DNA of 24,000 nt from Actinomycetales bacterium (GTDB lineage: Bacteria > Actinomycetota > Actinomycetes > Actinomycetales > Dermatophilaceae), in assembly GCA_038258215.1 (NCBI GenBank), contig JBBSQC010000007.1:1-24000 (forward strand), read 5' to 3'. The notes beneath the pieces are model-generated. The model did not search any database. It was not told where the DNA came from and was given only the letters and a program-made list of their open reading frames with translations. Numbering within the stretch: position 1 is the stretch's first letter; each line of letters opens with the position of its first letter. This document shows, in pieces, positions 15,152-21,911 of the stretch. Position numbers and translations under genes: made by a program.

Positions 15152-15958
15152 TCAGTTGACGGTGACGTGCACGTGGTCCATGTGGTTCGCGGTGGGTGAT
15201 CCGCGGTCCTCCATGCCCCGCCAGGACGAGCCCGGCTCCCAGTAGCGCTGGCGCCAGATGACGTACTTCACGTTGAGCGAGCCGGAATGGGACTGCACGT
15301 ATGCCGCGATGGCGTCGCCCTGGGACTGGCCCGAGATCATGAAGTCGATGGCCTGACCGGTGCTGTGCTCACCGGCATTCGCGCGGTAGCCACCTATCGT
15401 CCCCAACCCGAAGACGGACTGGACCGCCGCGCAGGCCTGTGCCGCGCGCGAGGTCAGGCCGATCCCGCCACACTTTCCGGTGCCGTAGGACCCGCGGGGC
15501 TCCGAGGAGCTGGAGGACCCGCTCGACGAGCTCGACCCGCTGGATGAGGAGCCGCTCGAGGACACGGCGCTCTGCACGACCGGCTTCGGCTTCGGCTTGG
15601 GCTTCGGCTTGGGCTTGGCCACGGGCTTCACCCCCGAGACGCCGACCTTCTCAGGCGCCGCGGGTGCCGCGACGGCCGGGGCGGTCACCGCCGGGCGCTC
15701 GGCCCGCACGCTCGAGCGAGACGCGCCCTGCGCGGAGGAACGGCCGGTGAATGCTGCGCTCGATTCGGCGGAGAGCGCCAGCGGGGCGCTCGGGCTCGCG
15801 TCGACGGGCACGGCGAGCGCGACGGCCACACTGCTCAGGACGGCGGCGCCGGCGAGCGACTTCACGGCCCAGCTGGCACCGCTGCGCGGCAGGCGGTCAG
15901 GGAGCCGCCGGACGGCGCCCGAGGCCCGGCGACAGCCGGATGCGGTGGATCGGAACAC
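15152..15958 (-). CDS. Secreted protein with low-complexity linkers and a C-terminal LAS-metallopeptidase-like domain (putative cell-wall hydrolase)
   Basis: GTG 15958 is preceded by AGGAAGG (9-nt spacer); alternative GTG at 15865. Hydrophobic signal-like segment KSLAGAAVLSSVAVALAVPVDA, a (KP)6 run and a Ser/Gly run. The C-terminus carries H-x6-D (HSTGQAID) and H-x-H (HVH). Confidence 0.75.
   Translation of the reverse strand: MFRSTASGCRRASGAVRRLPDRLPRSGASWAVKSLAGAAVLSSVAVALAVPVDASPSAPLALSAESSAAFTGRSSAQGASRSSVRAERPAVTAPAVAAPAAPEKVGVSGVKPVAKPKPKPKPKPKPVVQSAVSSSGSSSSGSSSSSGSSSSSEPRGSYGTGKCGGIGLTSRAAQACAAVQSVFGLGTIGGYRANAGEHSTGQAIDFMISGQSQGDAIAAYVQSHSGSLNVKYVIWRQRYWEPGSSWRGMEDRGSPTANHMDHVHVTVN
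15582..15617 (-). repeat. Six tandem 6-bp units (GGCTTC/GGCTTG) encoding (Lys-Pro)6
   Basis: Read directly: ggcttc ggcttc ggcttg ggcttc ggcttg ggcttg. An adjacent Ser/Gly-coding low-complexity tract lies at ~15490-15565. Confidence 0.8.
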
Positions 15959-16044
15959 GAGGTAGAGCCTTCCTGGGCATGGACAACTCGTCCCACGGTA
16001 ACGGCGAGCTCCGCCAAAGTCACATTCCGGTAACGAGGACCCGC

Positions 16045-16065
16045 CACGTCGGGCGCGGCGACGTG
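16045..16065 (-). terminator. Short GC hairpin immediately after the ideR stop (7-bp stem CACGTCG/CGACGTG, 7-nt loop)
   Basis: Exact complementarity of 16045-16051 with 16059-16065; no U-tract. Confidence 0.3.
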
Positions 16066-16066
16066 C

Positions 16067-16765
16067 TCAGCCGACGGCGACGAAGACGTGCGACGCGATG
16101 TCGTCGGGCAGCGACACACCGGAGGCCTCATCGGACCCCTCGAGCCAGGCGATGACCCGCGACCCCTCCCGGCGCACCCGCGCTGGGCGACCGGGCAGCA
16201 GCTTCGCGGAGGTGAGCAGGCTCAGGGCCTCGGAGTCCATCTGGACCGGCTCACCGATGCGGCGCACGACGACGGTGACCGGCTCGGCCACGGCAACCAC
16301 GTCGAGGGTCGTGAGCCCGAGCCGGAAGTCGACCATCTCGCCGATCTCCCCGAGCTCGGCCAGGCCGGGGATCGGGTTGCCGTACGGGGACTCGGCATGG
16401 TCCACCAGGATCGCGAGGATCTTGCGCTCCACCCGGGCGGACATGACGTGCTCCCAGCGGCACGCCTCCTCGTGGACGTACTCCCACTCCAGGCCGATGA
16501 CGTCGACGAGGAGCCGCTCGGCGATCCGGTGCTTGCGCATCACCCGGGTCGCCAGCAGCCGGCCGTGGTCGCTGAGCTCGAGGTGCCGGTCCCCCGCGAC
16601 GTGGATCAGCCCGTCGCGCTCCATCCGGGCCACGGTCTGGGAGACCGTGGGCCCCGAGTGCCCGAGCCGCTCCGCGATCCGGGCCCGCAGGGGGGTGATC
16701 CCCTCCTCTTCGAGCTCGAAGACGGTGCGCAGGTACATCTCGGTGGTGTCGATCAGGTCGGTCAC
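16067..16765 (-). CDS. ideR: Iron-dependent transcriptional repressor, DtxR/IdeR family
   Basis: GTG 16765 gives VTDLIDTTEMYLRTVFELEEEGITPLRARIAERLGHSGPTVSQTV..., close to the IdeR sequence as I remember it. All metal ligands sit at IdeR positions (M10, H79, E83, H98, C102, E105, H106), and there is a C-terminal SH3/FeoA-like domain. The tracked 979-aa ORF is an open-frame artefact upstream of this start. Confidence 0.9.
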   Translation of the reverse strand: MTDLIDTTEMYLRTVFELEEEGITPLRARIAERLGHSGPTVSQTVARMERDGLIHVAGDRHLELSDHGRLLATRVMRKHRIAERLLVDVIGLEWEYVHEEACRWEHVMSARVERKILAILVDHAESPYGNPIPGLAELGEIGEMVDFRLGLTTLDVVAVAEPVTVVVRRIGEPVQMDSEALSLLTSAKLLPGRPARVRREGSRVIAWLEGSDEASGVSLPDDIASHVFVAVG

Positions 16766-16772
16766 GCAGGTC

Positions 16773-16778
16773 AGCCTA
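16773..16778 (-). promoter_or_regulatory. -10 box TAGGCT close to the ideR start (leaderless or near-leaderless)
   Basis: The minus-strand TAGGCT ends 8 nt before GTG 16765, and there is no SD. Confidence 0.35.
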
Positions 16779-16842
16779 CGTTCACCGGACGACATCCGGG
16801 TATGCCGTGCGCCCGGGGTGCGCCCGAGCCACCCGCGCGTGG

Positions 16843-18045
16843 TCAGTCGGCCCGACGTGGGTCGTACTCGGGCAGCCAGCGCGCCAGCCACGCACCTCCC
16901 GCGAGGACCACCACGCCCACCACCGTGCTGGCGGCCCCGATGGACGCGAGCGCGGCGACCCCACCGACGAGGAGCGTGGCGCCGTTCTGCCCGACGAGCG
17001 AGAGCAGGCGCCATACGGACAGGAAGGACGCCCGACCCGCGGCGGGCGCGGCATCCGCTCCGAGTGTCATGACGATGCCCGACCCCAGCCCGTTGCCGAC
17101 CCCCATGAGGACGGCCAGCCCGCCGACGCCGACGATGCCGCCCGTCAGGGGGAGCAGCACCAGCCCCGCACCGATGGTCACCGACACGGGCACCGCGACC
17201 CAGACCCTCCCGTGCCGGTCCATCACGGACCCTGCGGGGTAGAACAGCAGCACCTCGACCAGGGCCGACGCCGCGAAGACCAGGGAGGTGCTGGCGGCAT
17301 CCAGCCCGACGTGCTCGGCCCAGAGCGGGACGACCACGACCTTGGCCGACCGGGCCACGCCGATCGCGACGACCCCCAGACCGACGGTGAGGAGCACCCG
17401 CCGGTGCCTGGCGACCACCCCGGACACCGGCACCCGGGTCGAGCCGTCGGGCGCGGACCCCGAGTCGGCCCCCAGGTCCGCGGCCCGCCACGCGAGCGCT
17501 GAGGCGAGTACCCCACCGGCCACGGCGACCCCGAACCCCGCCTGCGGACCCCAGCGGGCCACCAGCGGCGCTCCGACCAGCGGCCCGACGAACAGCCCGA
17601 TCCGGGTCACGCCGCCGAGCGTCGACATCGCGCGGGCCCGCAGGGCGACCGGCGCTGCCGCGGTGAGGTAGGACTGCCGGGCGATGAGGAAGACCGCCCC
17701 CGAAGGCCCGAGCAGGGCGACGGCCAGGCCGAGCACCCACAGCGAGGGGGCCAACAGGGCGAGCGCCGAGGCGGCGGCGTCCGCGAGGCCCGCGAGCACC
17801 AGCGCGCGCCGCTCGCCGATCCGGTCGACGAGCATCCCGGCGGGCACGGCGGCCCCGAACTCGGTGACCATCGAGAGGCCGACGACGAGGGCCGCGAGGC
17901 CCACCGACGCACCGAGGTCTCGCGCGCTGAGGGCGACCACGGGCAGCACGGCGCCGGCGCCCACCGCCCAGATCGCCGACGGGCCGAAGGCGGGCAGGGC
18001 GATCCGGCGCAGGGTGAACTCCTCGCCCTGACCCTCCTCCGACAT
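16843..18045 (-). CDS. MFS transporter
   Basis: ~400 aa with about 12 hydrophobic segments. ATG 18045 (MSEEGQGEEFTLRRIALPAF...) has GAGG upstream; the tracked start at 18063 is a TTG. Confidence 0.85.
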   Translation of the reverse strand: MSEEGQGEEFTLRRIALPAFGPSAIWAVGAGAVLPVVALSARDLGASVGLAALVVGLSMVTEFGAAVPAGMLVDRIGERRALVLAGLADAAASALALLAPSLWVLGLAVALLGPSGAVFLIARQSYLTAAAPVALRARAMSTLGGVTRIGLFVGPLVGAPLVARWGPQAGFGVAVAGGVLASALAWRAADLGADSGSAPDGSTRVPVSGVVARHRRVLLTVGLGVVAIGVARSAKVVVVPLWAEHVGLDAASTSLVFAASALVEVLLFYPAGSVMDRHGRVWVAVPVSVTIGAGLVLLPLTGGIVGVGGLAVLMGVGNGLGSGIVMTLGADAAPAAGRASFLSVWRLLSLVGQNGATLLVGGVAALASIGAASTVVGVVVLAGGAWLARWLPEYDPRRAD

Positions 18046-18159
18046 GCCCACCACCCGCCTCAACTGTCCCGCCCGATCCCGACACCTTCACGTCAGCACC
18101 AGAACCGACCCCGCACGAAGGTGAAGGTTCTCGCACCATCCTCGAGCCACCGGGCCGCT

Positions 18160-18179
18160 TTATCTTGACGTCAAGATAA
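18160..18179. promoter_or_regulatory. 20-bp perfect palindrome TTATCTTGAC|GTCAAGATAA, candidate operator in a divergent intergenic region
   Basis: All 10 base pairs were checked individually. It is 70% A+T within very GC-rich DNA. It lies 33 nt upstream of GTG 18212 and ~115 nt upstream of the MFS ATG 18045. Confidence 0.65.
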
Positions 18180-18199
18180 CTCACCGGGGCGGTCGTGGG

Positions 18200-18205
18200 T
18201 AGGTT
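18200..18205 (+). promoter_or_regulatory. -10 box TAGGTT positioned for a leaderless mRNA starting at GTG 18212
   Basis: The TAnnnT hexamer ends 7 nt before the start codon; no SD. Confidence 0.4.
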
Positions 18206-18211
18206 GGGTGC

Positions 18212-18943
18212 GTGGAGCTCACCATTCCCCACCGCTACTGCGGCCCACCCGAGTCCGGCAACGGGGGCTGGGTCAGCGGCATCGTCGCCGCTCACGTCCC
18301 GACCACGGGCAGCCACCCCGCCGTCACCGTGCGGCTGGCCTCCCCTCCCCCGCTCGACCGGGCCCTCACCCTCGAGGCGGCGCCCACGCCCGACGGCGCG
18401 ATCGGCGTGAGTCTGACCCACCGGGGCCATCTCGTCGCCACCGCGACCCCGTCGACCGGGCCAGAGGGCGAGCCGCCGCCCACCCCCACGCAGGAGCAGG
18501 TGCGCGCGGCCGAGCTGCGCTACGAGGGGCTCGTCGACCACCCCTTCCCGACGTGCTTCGCCTGCGGCACCGGGCGCGAGCACCCGGACGCCCTGTGCCT
18601 GCGCCCCGGGCCGATCGACGACGGCTCGGGGCGGTATGCCGCGTCCTGGGTCCCGGAGGAGACGTCGGTGCCGTTCGTCTGGGCCGCCCTGGACTGCCCT
18701 GGGGGCTGGTCCGCCGGGATCGCCGGCCGGCCGATGGTGCTCGGCACGATGACCGCGCGGATCCACGCACTGCCTGAGGCCGGTGAGCCCCACGTGGTGC
18801 TCGCCTGGCAGCGCGGCGCCGAGGGGCGCAAGCACCTCTCCGGCACGGCGCTGATCTCCCCCGGCGGGGAGGTCCTCGCCCGGGCCGAGGCCACGTGGAT
18901 CGCCGTCGACCCCACCTCCATCCGACCCAAGGGACCCGCATGA
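18212..18943 (+). CDS. Hotdog-fold (thioesterase-like) protein, function unknown
   Basis: ORF-track entry; VELTIPHRYCGPPESGNGGWVSG ... FPTCFACG ... ALDCPGGW. The fold assignment is a remembered resemblance, not verified. Confidence 0.6.
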   Translation: MELTIPHRYCGPPESGNGGWVSGIVAAHVPTTGSHPAVTVRLASPPPLDRALTLEAAPTPDGAIGVSLTHRGHLVATATPSTGPEGEPPPTPTQEQVRAAELRYEGLVDHPFPTCFACGTGREHPDALCLRPGPIDDGSGRYAASWVPEETSVPFVWAALDCPGGWSAGIAGRPMVLGTMTARIHALPEAGEPHVVLAWQRGAEGRKHLSGTALISPGGEVLARAEATWIAVDPTSIRPKGPA

Positions 18944-19692
18944 GCGACACCCGACCGACCGCGGTCGTGACCGGCGCCAGCAGCGGCATCGGCGCGGCCA
19001 CGGCACGCCTCCTCGCCGGGGCCGGTTTCCGGGTGGTGTGCGCCGCGCGACGAGCCGACCGGGTCGAGGCCCTGGCCGGGGAGATCAACGGGGTCGCGGT
19101 GGCGTGCGACGTCACGGCCGACGGTGACGTGGCCCGCCTGACCGAGGCCGCGGGTGGCACGGTTCAGGTGCTCGTCAACAACGCCGGTGGTGCGCTCGGC
19201 CTGGAGCCGGTCGCGAGCGGTGACGTCGACCTGTGGCGACAGATGTACGAGACCAACGTCCTGGGCACCCTCAGGGTCACCAAGGCCCTGCTGCCCGCGC
19301 TCATCGCGGCCGACGGGCAGGGCATCGTCGTCAACGTCGGCTCAATCGCCGGCCTGCTCGCCTACGAGGGTGGCGGCGGATACACCGTGGCCAAGCACGG
19401 GGTGCACGTGATGACCGAGACGCTGCGCCTCGAGCTCGTCGAGCAGCCAGTGCGGATCACCGAGGTCGCGCCGGGGATGGTGCACACCGAGGAGTTCGCG
19501 CTCACCCGTTTCGGAGGCGACAAGACCCGGGCCGACAAGGTCTACGAGGGTGTGCCCGGACCACTCGTCGCCGAGGACGTCGCCGAGGCGATCCTCTGGA
19601 TGGCGACCCGCCCCGCCCACGTCAACGTCGACCTGCTCGTCATCAAGCCGCGCGCCCAGGCCGCCCCGCACAAGGTGCTCAGGGTCACCTGA
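18940..19692 (+). CDS. Short-chain dehydrogenase/reductase (SDR) family oxidoreductase
   Basis: ATG 18940 overlaps the upstream stop (ATGA). TGASSGIGAA cofactor motif, NNAG, catalytic YTVAK. Confidence 0.9.
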   Translation: MSDTRPTAVVTGASSGIGAATARLLAGAGFRVVCAARRADRVEALAGEINGVAVACDVTADGDVARLTEAAGGTVQVLVNNAGGALGLEPVASGDVDLWRQMYETNVLGTLRVTKALLPALIAADGQGIVVNVGSIAGLLAYEGGGGYTVAKHGVHVMTETLRLELVEQPVRITEVAPGMVHTEEFALTRFGGDKTRADKVYEGVPGPLVAEDVAEAILWMATRPAHVNVDLLVIKPRAQAAPHKVLRVT

Positions 19693-19696
19693 CTCC

Positions 19697-19750
19697 TCGC
19701 CGTGAGTGCGGAAGTGGTTGCTCTGATAGCCACTTCCGCACTCACGGCGA
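19697..19750. terminator. Perfect 21-bp hairpin with a 12-nt loop between convergent SDR and pdxH genes
   Basis: TCGCCGTGAGTGCGGAAGTGG (19697-19717) is the exact reverse complement of 19730-19750; loop TTGCTCTGATAG; no U-tract. Confidence 0.6.
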
Positions 19751-19755
19751 ATGAG

Positions 19756-20433
19756 TCAGGGCTGGCGGCGCTGGAGCGTCCAGGACGCCGCGTCGTCGAG
19801 GTCGCCGTCGCCGACCCGGGTGAACACGAGGCGGTCGTGCAGCCGGTTGCGGCGCCCGGCCCAGAACTCCACCTCGTCGGGCACCGCACGGTAACCGCCC
19901 CAGAAGTCCGGCACGGGCACGTCCGACCCCGATCCGGTGTCGGGGACCTGCGCGGCCCGCGCGGCGTACTGCTCCTCCAGCGCCTCGCGCGAGGCGACCG
20001 GCTCGGACTGCTGGGAGGCCCACGCCGAGATGCGCGAGGCCCACGGCCGGGAGTCCCAGTAGTCCTGCACCTCCGAGCGGTCGACCTGCACCGCCGCGCC
20101 CCGGAACCGGATCGCGCGGAACATCGCGGGCCAGGTGAGGGTCACCGCCATGACCGGGCGGGCGGCGATCTCGCGCCCCTTGGCCGAGGTCAGCGCGGTG
20201 ACGAAACCGGGACCCCGTTCGTCGAGGAACCGCATGAGCACCGTTCGCACGTCGGGCACACCGTGCTCGTCGACCGTGGCGACCGACATGGCCGTCGGCT
20301 CGAACACGTCGTCCGATTCCTTGGCCCGCGCCACGGCCTCGTCGACCCAGAGCCGGGCCTGCGCGTAGGGGGTCCCGAGCAGCATCCCCTCGCTCAGGCC
20401 GTCACCGTCGTAGTCGACGCGTTCGTGGGTCAT
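19756..20433 (-). CDS. pdxH: Pyridoxamine 5'-phosphate oxidase
   Basis: 225 aa; family-typical segments RTVLMRFLDERG, EFWAGRRNRLHDRLVF and the C-terminal RRQP. Confidence 0.9.
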   Translation of the reverse strand: MTHERVDYDGDGLSEGMLLGTPYAQARLWVDEAVARAKESDDVFEPTAMSVATVDEHGVPDVRTVLMRFLDERGPGFVTALTSAKGREIAARPVMAVTLTWPAMFRAIRFRGAAVQVDRSEVQDYWDSRPWASRISAWASQQSEPVASREALEEQYAARAAQVPDTGSGSDVPVPDFWGGYRAVPDEVEFWAGRRNRLHDRLVFTRVGDGDLDDAASWTLQRRQP

Positions 20434-20439
20434 GCCACC

Positions 20440-20445
20440 ACCGTA
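20440..20445 (-). promoter_or_regulatory. -10 box TACGGT positioned for a leaderless pdxH mRNA
   Basis: The minus-strand TACGGT ends 7 nt before ATG 20433. Confidence 0.4.
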
Positions 20446-20560
20446 TGCCGCCCCGGCAGCCCACCCCGCTCCCCCACCTCCCGACTTCTTCTGTCGCGGT
20501 GCGGTGACACGCCGCGACCAGCGTCCGAAAACGACGATCTGGCCGACGACGTGGGGAAGG

Positions 20561-20586
20561 GTCAGGGCGTCGGGTCAGGGCGTCGG
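20561..20586. repeat. 13-bp exact tandem duplication GTCAGGGCGTCGG x2 spanning the MFS stop codon
   Basis: 20561-20573 equals 20574-20586. The second copy holds the stop (TCA at 20575-20577 on the + strand). Confidence 0.8.
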
Positions 20587-21855
20587 GTGGCGGGCGTCAT
20601 AGCGGACGAAGCCGGGCTGGCGCAGCGCCAGGAGGCCGATGACGAGGATGCACGCGATCCCACCCGCGACGGCCGTCCAGCCCTCGCCGATCCGCTCGGC
20701 CACCGTGCCCCCGAGCAGCTCACCGAGCCGCGGGCCGCCGGCCACGACGACGATGAACACCCCCTGGAGCCGCCCGCGCATCCGGTCCGGCGCCGCGCTC
20801 TGCAGGATCGTCGTGCGGAACACCGCGCTCACCGAGTCCGAGGCGCCCGCCACGCCCATCGCCAGCAACGCACCGACGAGGGCCTGTTCCTGGGTGAGGG
20901 CTCCGCCGGCGCCGACCAGGGCCACCCCGAGCCCGATGATGCCCGCCCCCCAGCCCACGATGCTCACCAGGATCGCGGCGCCCTGCCGGCGCACCGAGCC
21001 GAGCCGGCCTGAGAAGAGCATGGCGAGGATGCCGCCGATGGCGGTCGCGGCATACAGGGCACCAACCGTGCGGGCCCCACCGCCGAGGATGACCGCCCCT
21101 GCGGCCGGGAACAGCACCCGCGGCTGCGCGAGCAGCATGGCGGCGATGTCGGCGACGAAGGTCATCCGCACGTTGGGCGCCGTGCCGAGGAACCGGAAAC
21201 CGTCCACGACCGAGCGCAGCCCCGCCCGGTGCGCCCCGCCGTCCTCGGTGGGGTCCGGGGGCACCGGGCCGAGCCGCAGCAGCCCGGCCACCGCGGCGAT
21301 GGTGAGCGCGGCATCCACGGTGTAGGCCGCGCGGTAGCCACCCGTGTCGATGAGCACGCCGGCGAGCAGCGGGCCCACGGTCATCGAGGTGTTCATCGCG
21401 AAGACGGAGAGCGCGTTGGCGGCCGGCAGCTGGGTCAGGGGCAGGATCCGCGGGTAGATGCTCGACCGGGCCGGCGAGGAGACAGCGAAGGCACCACTCC
21501 AGACGGCGACCACGAGGTAGAGAAGCACCACCGACGTGTTCCCCAGCCACGCCTGCGCCGCGGCCACCAGGCTCGTGCCCCACGCGACGAAGGTGGCCAC
21601 CAGCGCCACGACCCGGCGGTCGTGGTGGTCCGAGAGCGACCCGCCGTAGAGGCCGAGCACGACCAGCGGCACGAGCGCGAACAGCCCCACGACACCAACC
21701 GAGGCGGTGGACCCGGTGATGTCGTACACCTGCAGCCCGATGGCGACCACGGCCATCTGTGAGCCGATGTTGGAGAGGGTGAACCCGAGGAACACCGCCC
21801 GGTATGCCGCGCTCTCCCGGAGCGGGGTCAGGTCCGGGAGCAGGGAGCGCAGCAC
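20575..21855 (-). CDS. MFS transporter (EntS/DUF894-like by N-terminal pattern)
   Basis: 426 aa, GTG start at 21855, about 12 hydrophobic segments, LRESAAYRAVFLGFTLSNIGSQMAVVAIGLQVY. The subfamily is from memory only. Confidence 0.85.
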   Translation of the reverse strand: MLRSLLPDLTPLRESAAYRAVFLGFTLSNIGSQMAVVAIGLQVYDITGSTASVGVVGLFALVPLVVLGLYGGSLSDHHDRRVVALVATFVAWGTSLVAAAQAWLGNTSVVLLYLVVAVWSGAFAVSSPARSSIYPRILPLTQLPAANALSVFAMNTSMTVGPLLAGVLIDTGGYRAAYTVDAALTIAAVAGLLRLGPVPPDPTEDGGAHRAGLRSVVDGFRFLGTAPNVRMTFVADIAAMLLAQPRVLFPAAGAVILGGGARTVGALYAATAIGGILAMLFSGRLGSVRRQGAAILVSIVGWGAGIIGLGVALVGAGGALTQEQALVGALLAMGVAGASDSVSAVFRTTILQSAAPDRMRGRLQGVFIVVVAGGPRLGELLGGTVAERIGEGWTAVAGGIACILVIGLLALRQPGFVRYDARHPTP

Positions 21856-21899
21856 TGGAGAAGCATGCCCGACACGGTGACTGCACCGGGTGCGGGGGC

Positions 21900-21905
21900 T
21901 AGGGT
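21900..21905 (+). promoter_or_regulatory. -10 box TAGGGT positioned for a leaderless mRNA starting at ATG 21912
   Basis: The TAnnnT hexamer ends 7 nt before the start codon; no SD. Confidence 0.4.
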
Positions 21906-21911
21906 CCGTCC

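Noticed and set aside
14848-15159. 103-aa + strand ORF in the macro/hydrolase intergenic gap
   Set aside because: It runs straight through the 58-nt hairpin and antisense to the P60 remnant. It has poor codon bias, no SD and no recognisable motifs.
15866-16066. Possible c-di-AMP (ydaO-type) riboswitch upstream of the wall-hydrolase gene, as seen for rpf and P60 genes in actinobacteria
   Set aside because: I could not find the paired ACGGGG/GAAUC-type conserved segments I remember for this class. With the SD-supported GTG 15958 start, the leader is only ~100 nt, which is too short. A covariance-model search (Rfam RF00379) would settle it.
16766-16790. Iron-box-like sequence TGAACGTAGGCTGACCTGC just upstream of the ideR start (possible autoregulation)
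   Set aside because: Only 12 of 19 positions match TTAGGTTAGGCTAACCTAA, the left half is poor, and the sequence is not palindromic. The matching core TAGGCT is better explained as the -10 box of a (near-)leaderless ideR promoter.
18083-18131. Alternative inverted repeats in the MFS 5' leader (CACCTTC/GAAGGTG and AGAACC/GGTTCT) as a riboswitch or attenuator
   Set aside because: The stems are only 6-7 bp, mutually exclusive or crossing, and resemble no RNA family I know. They cannot be distinguished from chance without covariation data.
16067-19006. 979-aa minus-strand ORF, the longest in the track
   Set aside because: Only its last 232 codons (ideR, from GTG 16765) look like a real protein. 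The rest is Arg/Gly/Pro-rich, runs in a different frame from the minus-strand MFS gene and antisense to the hotdog-fold gene, and lacks correct codon bias. It is a typical high-GC open-frame artefact.
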